Source: Candidatus Pacearchaeota archaeon (GTDB lineage: Archaea > Nanobdellota > Nanobdellia > Pacearchaeales > GW2011-AR1). From it: 64,000 bases of DNA. The notes below the pieces were generated by a model, which saw only the letters and a list, made by a program, of their open reading frames with translations, searched no databases and was not told where the DNA came from. Each line of letters begins with the position of its first letter. The stretch's first letter is position 1. The DNA lies in assembly GCA_018304025.1 (NCBI GenBank), contig JAGVXA010000004.1, forward strand, positions 9,719-73,718, given 5' to 3'. A program made the translations under genes and the position numbers. Of this stretch, positions 46,689-54,581 are shown one piece after another.

Positions 46689-46748
46689 TTTGCTACTCAT
46701 GAAGATGACATTTTGCCAACAAAATTTAAAAACCTCTTGCAATCCTAA

Positions 46749-48428
46749 TTGTTACTCCAAAAAATGACACCAAATCTAAGCGATAACAAAAAAGCACAAT
46801 CTTCAATTCTGGTATTTTTATTTATACTCATTTTATTTCTGCTTGCAAGTGCTGCTCTCGTCTTTTTATTATTCTCTTATTCTCCTTCAACTGTAAAAAA
46901 AGAAATCACTAATTCAAATTACAATGAAATTGAACAAGACGCAGTTTTCATTCCAATAAGCAAAGATATAATAGACACAGACGAGGACAGCGTGGAAGAC
47001 ATCGAGGATAACTGCCCGCTCCATTTTAATCCGTTCCAAGAGGACAAAGACGAAGACGGAAAAGGAGACGCCTGCGACGTCTCAAGGTCAAATAGAAACA
47101 GTCACGACGATGACGACGAAATAGAGTGTTCTTCTAATTCAGACTGCGGCACAGGCGCATTAACAGGAAATAGATTTTGCCAATCAGGCGACGTCTATCA
47201 AAATTTCAAAAATCACACTTGCAATAATCCCGGTAAAACATCTTCATCCTGCTCTTCTTCAACAACCCCTAAATTAATTCAAGATTGTATCTTCGGATGC
47301 GCTAACGGAACTTGCATTGTTCCGGCTTGCAGCACAAACACAGACTGCGACGACAGCAATAATTACACAGAAGACATCTGCAAAAATCCAGGCACATCTC
47401 AAAGCTATTGCGAGCACAATCCTATTGCTTGTTTGAAAAATATGGACTGCGGATTTAACGAATTAATCGGCAATTTATTTTGTTCTTCAAATAATTTAAA
47501 TGTGTTGCAATTATTCCAGTCTTGGATTTGTCTTTCTCCGGGCACAGCGCAATCCTCTTGCTCTTCTTCAACAACTCCCCAAATAATCCAAACATGCTCA
47601 GACATTTGCGTTAATGGAGAATGCAAAGATATAGAATGTTACAACAACGCAGATTGCGGCACAGACGGATTAATCAACCAGCCAACTTGCTCAGGACTAA
47701 ATGTCGTTCAAGATTTTAAAATATTCCGTTGCAATAATCCTGGAACTCCGCAATCATCTTGTTCTTTCTCGCTCTGCCAGGAAATCCAGCAGTTATGTTC
47801 AGATGCTTGCATTGCAGGAATTTGCGCCGATATAGAATGTTATAACAACGCAGATTGCAATGACGCAAATCTTCTAACAGAAGACATTTGCCACAATCCA
47901 GCAACACCAGAATCTTACTGCACCAACGAATTAATATCAGAATGTATTCCAGGACAAACTCAGCAATGTGGAACTTCTAATATTGGAGAATGCGATTTCG
48001 GAACAAAGACATGTAATTCTTACGGTTCTTGGAACAGCGAATGCGTCGGTGAAGTTTTGCCTTCAAATGAAATCTGCGACGGAAAAGACAACGACGGGCA
48101 AGTTTGTTATTCAGGAACAGGACAATGCAGAAAAGCTGGAAACTTTGTTTGTTCATCAAATGGATTAACAACAAATTGTAATGCGGTTGCTGGAACACCA
48201 ACAGCAGAAATCTGCGACGGAAAAGACAACGACTGCGACGGTTCAACAGACGAAAATAATGTCTGCGCATCTGGATGTACAAGCGAATGTCCAGTATTTG
48301 AAGCAAGACAATGCACAAGTGGCGGTTACAGAGTCTGCGGAAACTTCGACACTGATTCATGCCTTGATTGGTCTCTGATAACTCAATGCGGCTTGGGTTC
48401 AACATGCTCAGGAGGCTACTGTGTTTAA
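46749..48428 (+). CDS. Secreted/membrane-anchored protein with thrombospondin type-3-like Ca-binding repeat, 8-Cys tandem repeats and MopE-like (CDGKDNDCDG) repeats
   Basis: It has an N-terminal TM, then DNCPLHFNPFQEDKDEDGKGDACD (TSP3 consensus DNCPxxxNPxQxDxDxDGxGDACD). Its repeats are homologous to those of 43847. It also has EICDGKDNDGQ / EICDGKDNDCDGSTDENN. Confidence 0.6.
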   Translation: MLLQKMTPNLSDNKKAQSSILVFLFILILFLLASAALVFLLFSYSPSTVKKEITNSNYNEIEQDAVFIPISKDIIDTDEDSVEDIEDNCPLHFNPFQEDKDEDGKGDACDVSRSNRNSHDDDDEIECSSNSDCGTGALTGNRFCQSGDVYQNFKNHTCNNPGKTSSSCSSSTTPKLIQDCIFGCANGTCIVPACSTNTDCDDSNNYTEDICKNPGTSQSYCEHNPIACLKNMDCGFNELIGNLFCSSNNLNVLQLFQSWICLSPGTAQSSCSSSTTPQIIQTCSDICVNGECKDIECYNNADCGTDGLINQPTCSGLNVVQDFKIFRCNNPGTPQSSCSFSLCQEIQQLCSDACIAGICADIECYNNADCNDANLLTEDICHNPATPESYCTNELISECIPGQTQQCGTSNIGECDFGTKTCNSYGSWNSECVGEVLPSNEICDGKDNDGQVCYSGTGQCRKAGNFVCSSNGLTTNCNAVAGTPTAEICDGKDNDCDGSTDENNVCASGCTSECPVFEARQCTSGGYRVCGNFDTDSCLDWSLITQCGLGSTCSGGYCV

Positions 48429-48518
48429 TCTTAATTTTTTACTAACACCGGGTAGAAACAAAAAACCCCTCTCGCAAGACATAAATGTTTATAACTTAAA
48501 TTCAGCTCAAAAAATAAA

Positions 48519-49574
48519 ATGAAAAACCCAGCAAAAACAATACGCGGAAGAATTTTAGGAACTGCAGCAAGTATCGCATCTCTAGTTATGCCAGGCTGCG
48601 CCCCGCAAGAAAATTATGCCCCTGAATTTTATCTTGAAGATAACGCTGGAAATCCTGTCGCAGCAATTACAGGAGCAAAAGCAGAAGAATACGGCGTCGA
48701 CGAAGTTTACGAAGCTTCATTAGACAAATTCCCGCTTGTTGTAAGAGCTGAAGATTCTGACGGCCCAGAATTAATCGGACATGTTGAGCCATATCAAACC
48801 AATCCTCCAGCAAATCTCGGAACAGAAGTTTCAAGACTGAATAGCGGAGAAGGAAGTTTGGAATGGCTTCTTCAAGCAAATCAAACAGGCCCAGTTGCCG
48901 ACGGAGAAAGACAAATTGCAGGCGCATGGGCATCTGACAGATATAACGGCTCGCGTCCTTCAATCGGAATTGGCGCAGTAGTTTGCGGAGTAGGCGTTTT
49001 CTATAATCTCGGAGATCCTCTGCCTCCAAAAAGAAAAACAGTTGCAGTAATTACAAATATTAACAACCACGAAATTCCTAAACCTTGGGAAGACGGCGAC
49101 GGAAAATGCGACGCGAATTTAGGCGAGCCCTATTCTTCAACAGACTGTTCTCCAACAACAGACGAACTTGTTAAATCAGGGCATATAAAATCTTATTTTG
49201 TCAACGAGCAAGGAGAAAGAATAGACACTGTTACAACAAACCCCGCAACACTTAGAATCTGGGTTTCTAACCAGCTAGATAATAGAAAAGCAGCATGGCC
49301 AACCATAGTTGACCCTCAAGAAAATGGACAGAGTGACTGCATCGATATCAGGAATAATTATTCGCAGCCCCAGCTCAAGGGCTCTGCAACTTATAATAAT
49401 TTATCCGGAGTAGCTTATGACACAAGAATAATTTTCAATGTTGCTCCAAATTGCAGGCAAGATGAAGTTGCAGGATTTGCAGTTTCTTTAACAACAAAAG
49501 ATGGTGACGTTATCTATCCAGTAATTGGCTCGGGCTTTGTTCCTCGTACTCTTCCTCCATACTCACAAGATTAA
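48519..49574 (+). CDS. Secreted (possibly lipo-)protein, compositionally atypical (higher GC)
   Basis: The signal peptide has SLVMPGCAPQ, a lipobox-like Cys. The GC content is noticeably higher than in the flanking genes. Confidence 0.5.
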   Translation: MKNPAKTIRGRILGTAASIASLVMPGCAPQENYAPEFYLEDNAGNPVAAITGAKAEEYGVDEVYEASLDKFPLVVRAEDSDGPELIGHVEPYQTNPPANLGTEVSRLNSGEGSLEWLLQANQTGPVADGERQIAGAWASDRYNGSRPSIGIGAVVCGVGVFYNLGDPLPPKRKTVAVITNINNHEIPKPWEDGDGKCDANLGEPYSSTDCSPTTDELVKSGHIKSYFVNEQGERIDTVTTNPATLRIWVSNQLDNRKAAWPTIVDPQENGQSDCIDIRNNYSQPQLKGSATYNNLSGVAYDTRIIFNVAPNCRQDEVAGFAVSLTTKDGDVIYPVIGSGFVPRTLPPYSQD

Positions 49575-49669
49575 TCCTGTCACTTTGAATAGTAGATACA
49601 CACCTTTATTCTGCAAAGCATATATAACATTACATTATTGTTTATAAACAAAATAACTCCCACTTAAAC

Positions 49670-50263
49670 ATGGTAAAAAATTTCTTGCCAGCCGCGTTAG
49701 CAATAATTTTAATCCTCAATATAACAGCAGCCGCAGCAATTACAGGAGCAATCGGAAATTCCCGAATGGTTTTAAGAATGGAGCAGGGCGAGGAAATTGA
49801 AAAATACGTTCTGGTAAAAAACGTAAATGATATTCCTCTGACAATAGACTTGATTATAACAGGAGATTTGGCAGACGAAGTTGAATTAGAAGAAGAGTCG
49901 TTTGTTCTGCAGCCAAAAGAAGAAAAGAAAGCATACTTCACAATCACGGCTGCAAAATCAGGAACAACAGAAACAAAAATTAATGTCAAATTCACGCCCG
50001 AAGAAGGAAACGGCGTCGGATTATCCTCGTCGGTAATTGTAATAACTTCGGGCGAGGGCGAAGAAGAATTAGACGATTCAGAAACAGATGATTCAGGCGC
50101 AGGCTCTCCATTAACAGGCTCAGTGATATCAGACAATCTTTCAAAAATATCAAGCACAACAATTTTAACAGTTTCAGCAGCAGTTTTGATTCTCGCACTG
50201 TTAGCATTAATAATCTATTCAATAAACAAAAAGAAAAAAAAGGTGAGGAGGTCCAATGCCTAA
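49670..50263 (+). CDS. Secreted protein with acidic linker and C-terminal TM anchor + poly-Lys tail
   Basis: It has a signal peptide, a beta-rich domain, a DDSETDDSGAG linker and a C-terminal ILTVSAAVLILALLALIIYSINKKKKK anchor. Confidence 0.5.
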   Translation: MVKNFLPAALAIILILNITAAAAITGAIGNSRMVLRMEQGEEIEKYVLVKNVNDIPLTIDLIITGDLADEVELEEESFVLQPKEEKKAYFTITAAKSGTTETKINVKFTPEEGNGVGLSSSVIVITSGEGEEELDDSETDDSGAGSPLTGSVISDNLSKISSTTILTVSAAVLILALLALIIYSINKKKKKVRRSNA

Positions 50264-52913
50264 AGCATGGAAATTTATTTTTCTCTTGGCGATTTTAATT
50301 CTTCCGTTGGCATCAGCAGCAGACGTCGCTTATATTTTGGAAGACCCTCCATCAGGTCAAACAAGTCCCCAACTAAATCTAGTAATTATATCAGCATTAA
50401 ATAATAAGGGATTAACATACGACGTAATAAAAGATTCCCAAATTCCGACGACAGATTTCTCCCAGTATTCTCTCTTGTTAATCGCAGAAGACGTTGACAA
50501 ACTAGATTATTCGCGGGTAAGTCAAAAAAATAAAATCTTTTTCAATGATAGAGTAGCAGAAGATGTTTGGAAGGGCGTTAGCGCTACGTATACAACAAAC
50601 AGAAAAACAATAAAATCAACAAATATTAACCATGAAGTTTTCGAAGGAATAACTTTTCCAACAGATTGGACAATGGAAATTTATAGTACAACAAATCAAA
50701 TACATTTTTTACAAATTAAACCATCATATATTACTACGCTGGCAATTAGGTCTGATTTAAACGTTCCAGTAATTGCATACTCAGAATCAAATGAAATAAA
50801 AAATTTCTTTTTCGGAGCCCCTTTCTTCAATGACTGGAACAGCAACGGAAAGCAGATATTTGAAAACGCATTAACCTGGATGACTCAATTACCAGACGAA
50901 TGTAATTTAAACTCAGAATGCGACGACAGTAATCCCCTAACACAAGACATCTGCCACGAACCGCAGGCAGAAACATCTTATTGCACAAACGACTTGCTTC
51001 CCCCTGAAAACAACCCTCCAACATTCACAGGCCCAATCCCAGAAATTAGATGGATAAAAGGAACAGCATCTGAACCTCTTAATCTAAATAATTATTTTGA
51101 TGATTTAGACGGAGAGGATTTAACTTTTGGAATATCAGCATATAATCCGGAGAATACAGGAATTCATATTAACCCGCCAGAAGAAAACGGTATCTTCTCA
51201 TTTTGGTCAGACGCAGAATTCACAGGAGAAGACTGGATTGTCTTTTACGCCGACGACGGAGAAGACAGAACATCAACCAACACAATAATCCTGTCAGTAA
51301 TTCCAATTATTCCGCCGGAAAATCAGCCGCCTGTTTTTCAAGCTCTTCAGTGCGAAACGCAAATAGACGAAGACGCAGAAGAGAAAACCTGCGTTCTGCA
51401 AGCATCTGATCCCGAAAACGACGAATTAACATTTGAAGTTGAATCGCAGGCAAATTTAATCTGCGCAATAAATGAAAACACCCTAACATACTCCCCAGAA
51501 GAAAATTACAACGGTTCAGCATCCTGCACTATCTCAGTTTCCGACGGAACTTCAGCAGATTCAAAAACATTAGAAATAAACATTCAGCCAATTAACGACG
51601 CTCCTGAAATTATCTCTGCCACCCCAAGCCAAAGCGTAATTAATTTATTCGAAGGAAAATCTCAAATTTTCTCATTGGAAACGCAAGACATAGATTCTGA
51701 AAAAACGCTCCAGTGGTTTTTAGATGATATCCTGCAATTAACAACAGCTTCGCAATACACCTTCCTGCAATCTCCAGGCTCTTACATTCTTTCCGCCAAA
51801 GTTTCCGACGGACAATTTACAAATGAAAAAATCTGGAGCGTAATAGTGGGTAATATCGAAGATTACACTTGTTCTGAAGTTTCTGGATATATTACAAAGG
51901 AAAACGAAATCTGCAGAGGGGAATTCTTAGGCGTAAAAGACTACCCTGAATCGTGCTGCTCAACCATTCCCGAACCAAAATTCGGAGACGCAAAGACTTG
52001 CGAATCTTTAAGCAATGAAATAGAGATAGAAATAGAAAATCCAGAAGACGGTGATGCAATAGAATTCGGAAGCACACTAGATATAGAATTAGACATAACA
52101 AATAATCAGGATGAAGAGCAGGACATTGAAGTAGAAGCGTATCTTTATGATTTAACCGACGACAAAGTATTAATGGAAGACAGCGCTTCAATTTCAGTCG
52201 GAGACGACAGCTCAAGAGTATTAAAATTCAATTTCGAAATTCCAAATGATTTGGACTTGGAAAACAAATACGCAATTTTAACAAAGGCGTATTCCGAAGA
52301 CGATAAAGATACATGTAATCAGATTTACAAGAAAATAGAATTAAACAGGCCGAATGAAAATGTTATAATCTCGGCATTTGATTTGCCCTTGACAGCAGTA
52401 TGCGGGCAGGTAATATCCTCAAAAATAAAATTAGAAAATCTTGGTTCAGAAAGCCAGGAAGCAGCAATTTCTTTAAAGAATAAAGACTTGGGCATTTCGC
52501 AGACATCAGAGAAATTCACAATTGAAGAATATGACGAAGACAATGATAAAAAAACAATGGAATTTTCCCTAAAAATTCCCGAAGATGCGGAAACAAAGGC
52601 GTATGTGATAACAGCAACGCTTTCTTACGGCGCGCTAAGAGAAACACTGACAAAAGAAATTAAGATACAATGCAGCTCGCAAGAACCAAACACTTCATTT
52701 ACAGCTGAAACTCTCTCTGACGAACAAACGCAGATAAATTTGAATAAAAACCAACCAGCAGTAGCCTCCCAGCAGACAAAACCAAAGACATTTCTCTATA
52801 TGATGATTTTATCTAACATAAGCCTAATCATAGTCTCTGTCTTGGCTTATCTTTTGATTTTGCCGTCGGTAAATTCAAAGATTTCAATAAGAAGAGAGTT
52901 GTTAAAAAAATGA
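50256..52913 (+). CDS. Large surface protein: shared N-terminal domain, cadherin/Ig-like repeats, C-terminal TM anchor
   Basis: The signal peptide ends in ASAADVAYIL, the same start as the 40759 and 43847 N-domain. It has the CNLNSECDDSNPLTQDICHEPQAETSYC module and a C-terminal IIVSVLAYLLILP anchor. Confidence 0.6.
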   Translation: MPKAWKFIFLLAILILPLASAADVAYILEDPPSGQTSPQLNLVIISALNNKGLTYDVIKDSQIPTTDFSQYSLLLIAEDVDKLDYSRVSQKNKIFFNDRVAEDVWKGVSATYTTNRKTIKSTNINHEVFEGITFPTDWTMEIYSTTNQIHFLQIKPSYITTLAIRSDLNVPVIAYSESNEIKNFFFGAPFFNDWNSNGKQIFENALTWMTQLPDECNLNSECDDSNPLTQDICHEPQAETSYCTNDLLPPENNPPTFTGPIPEIRWIKGTASEPLNLNNYFDDLDGEDLTFGISAYNPENTGIHINPPEENGIFSFWSDAEFTGEDWIVFYADDGEDRTSTNTIILSVIPIIPPENQPPVFQALQCETQIDEDAEEKTCVLQASDPENDELTFEVESQANLICAINENTLTYSPEENYNGSASCTISVSDGTSADSKTLEINIQPINDAPEIISATPSQSVINLFEGKSQIFSLETQDIDSEKTLQWFLDDILQLTTASQYTFLQSPGSYILSAKVSDGQFTNEKIWSVIVGNIEDYTCSEVSGYITKENEICRGEFLGVKDYPESCCSTIPEPKFGDAKTCESLSNEIEIEIENPEDGDAIEFGSTLDIELDITNNQDEEQDIEVEAYLYDLTDDKVLMEDSASISVGDDSSRVLKFNFEIPNDLDLENKYAILTKAYSEDDKDTCNQIYKKIELNRPNENVIISAFDLPLTAVCGQVISSKIKLENLGSESQEAAISLKNKDLGISQTSEKFTIEEYDEDNDKKTMEFSLKIPEDAETKAYVITATLSYGALRETLTKEIKIQCSSQEPNTSFTAETLSDEQTQINLNKNQPAVASQQTKPKTFLYMMILSNISLIIVSVLAYLLILPSVNSKISIRRELLKK

Positions 52914-52985
52914 ATTGATTCAATTCAATTTGTTAGTTTATGTTCATTAAAATAGGGGCGCTTCTCAAGATTCATTTTGTATTAA

Positions 52986-53260
52986 TTATTCCCCTCCCAA
53001 TTTAATTTTATCTCACAACCCAACCGAACTCTTTCCCCAATTTATTTTTGTCTATCGCAATAAATCCCCAACCCCTCTTGAATTTTCTCCCCAATAATTA
53101 TTCCCCTCCCCATTTAATTTTATCTCACAACCCAACCGAACTCTTTCCCCAATTTATTTTTGTCTATCGCAATAAATCCCCAACCCCTCTCGAATTTTTC
53201 TCCCCATTAATTATTCCCCTCCCCAAAACTCCCCACCCATCTTTAAATCCTCACCCCATT
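52986..53260. repeat. Tandem ~113-bp direct repeat (2.3 copies) rich in C4-5 tracts (CCCCAA-like)
   Basis: The unit ttattcccctccc(c)a(a)tttaattttatctcacaacccaaccgaactctttccccaatttatttttgtctatcgcaataaatccccaacccctct repeats at 52986 and 53099. A partial third copy follows. Confidence 0.7.
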
Positions 53261-53263
53261 CCC

Positions 53264-54001
53264 CTAAAATAATTTCCTGAAATTCCCCTCAATCTCCCTC
53301 TCAACTTCCTTCAAACTCTTCCCCTTAATTTCAGCGATTTTACGGTAACTCTCGACGACAAAAGCCGGTTCGTTCTTTCCCTCTCGCAAAGGATGCAAAA
53401 AAGGAGAATCTGTCTCGCACAATAACTGCGAAAGCTCAACGCGCCGAACCAAGTTCTGAAAATGCTCATTATATTTAACAGAAGCAGGCACACTGAAACT
53501 CCAGCCGTTAGCAGAAATCCTGTCAATTAATTTGAACCCTCCCGAAAAGCAATGCATCACAATTTTTTTCGCGCCAGATTCCTCAAGCATCTCAACACAT
53601 TCTTTCTCAGCTTTTCGCGAATGCACAATCAACGGCTTGTTTAATTCAATAGCCAGCTCAATAAATTTCTGAAAAACTTTTTTCTGCTTTTCCCTATCAG
53701 CTCCGCTTTCAAGAAAATCCAGTCCCACTTCACCAATAGCAATAATCTTGCCGGCGTTCGCCCGAATAAACTCAATTTCCTCGTCGATATCTCTCAAGAT
53801 TTCAGTCGGATGCACGCCCAAAGCGCCCCTAATTTCTTTATACTTCTTAGCCAATTCAATTACTTCTTTATTCTCCGAAATTCCAATTCCGTTGGCAACA
53901 ATCAATTTGACATTTTCTTTCTTCGCTCTCTCAACTACTTCCCCAACTTCTCCAGCGCTGTAAAACCGCGAATCCAAATGGCAATGCACGTCGATGAACA
54001 T
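53264..54001 (-). CDS. tatD: TatD-family metal-dependent hydrolase/DNase
   Basis: The N-terminal MFIDVHCHLD and further conserved His/Asp/Glu of the TIM-barrel TatD family identify it. It is 245 aa. Confidence 0.7.
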   Translation of the reverse strand: MFIDVHCHLDSRFYSAGEVGEVVERAKKENVKLIVANGIGISENKEVIELAKKYKEIRGALGVHPTEILRDIDEEIEFIRANAGKIIAIGEVGLDFLESGADREKQKKVFQKFIELAIELNKPLIVHSRKAEKECVEMLEESGAKKIVMHCFSGGFKLIDRISANGWSFSVPASVKYNEHFQNLVRRVELSQLLCETDSPFLHPLREGKNEPAFVVESYRKIAEIKGKSLKEVEREIEGNFRKLF

Positions 54002-54044
54002 TTTATTTCAATGTAGGGAGAGTTTAAAAATATAGCCAAGCATT

Positions 54045-54539
54045 TTAGATTACATCTATTTTCTTAGGTTCGCTAATCGCATTTTCGCATATAATTTCTT
54101 TTCCGTAGACGAGAATTACCGGGATTGCTTTGATCGCGAGTCCCTGAGTAGCCAAATCAATACCAACATTACTCGGATTCGCATTATTATTCTTGAATTC
54201 TTTCGAACCAAACTCAGTTAAATCAGTTGCGTCATCGTCATCGACACTTATAGTCTTATCATCAATAATAAAATTTATTTTTGATAGAGCTCCTGCACCG
54301 TTATTTCTTGTTACAATAATTGTCAGAATCGGATCTGCGCCCGGACCAGGATCACTGTTAAATTCAGCTTTCGTAACTTCAATATCAAAATCTCTGCAAG
54401 CTTCATTAAACTCTATCGAGCTTTTCAAATCATCTATCATTGGAAAGAAAAAACTAGCAACAACACCAACAGCCACAATCACAAGTAAAACAATTAACAC
54501 ACTAGTTATAATTGAAGACAATCCTCTTTTTTTTATCAT
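54045..54539 (-). CDS. Archaeal type-IV pilin-like protein with class III signal peptide
   Basis: The segment MIKKRG|LSSIITSVLIVLLVIVAVGVV has a KRG cleavage motif followed by a hydrophobic stretch and no Glu at +5, which is archaeal-type. Confidence 0.5.
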   Translation of the reverse strand: MIKKRGLSSIITSVLIVLLVIVAVGVVASFFFPMIDDLKSSIEFNEACRDFDIEVTKAEFNSDPGPGADPILTIIVTRNNGAGALSKINFIIDDKTISVDDDDATDLTEFGSKEFKNNNANPSNVGIDLATQGLAIKAIPVILVYGKEIICENAISEPKKIDVI

Positions 54540-54581
54540 ATAAACAATAAATATCTTTAACTCATAAACTTTTCTATTTTA

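Noticed and set aside
40759-48428. Diversity-generating retroelement (DGR) targeting the variable surface proteins
   Set aside because: There is no reverse transcriptase ORF (no YxDD-containing protein) and no template/variable repeat pair with A-specific mismatches in the window. The variation looks like tandem-repeat shuffling instead.
52986-53260. Possible CRISPR array
   Set aside because: The repeat unit is ~113 bp with no unique spacers between copies, and no cas genes are nearby. It is a minisatellite-type tandem repeat, not CRISPR.
53048-53272. 74-aa Pro-rich ORF (MSIAINPQPLLNFLPNNYSPPHL...)
   Set aside because: It lies entirely inside the C-tract tandem repeats. The composition is driven by CCCC runs, so it is not a credible protein.
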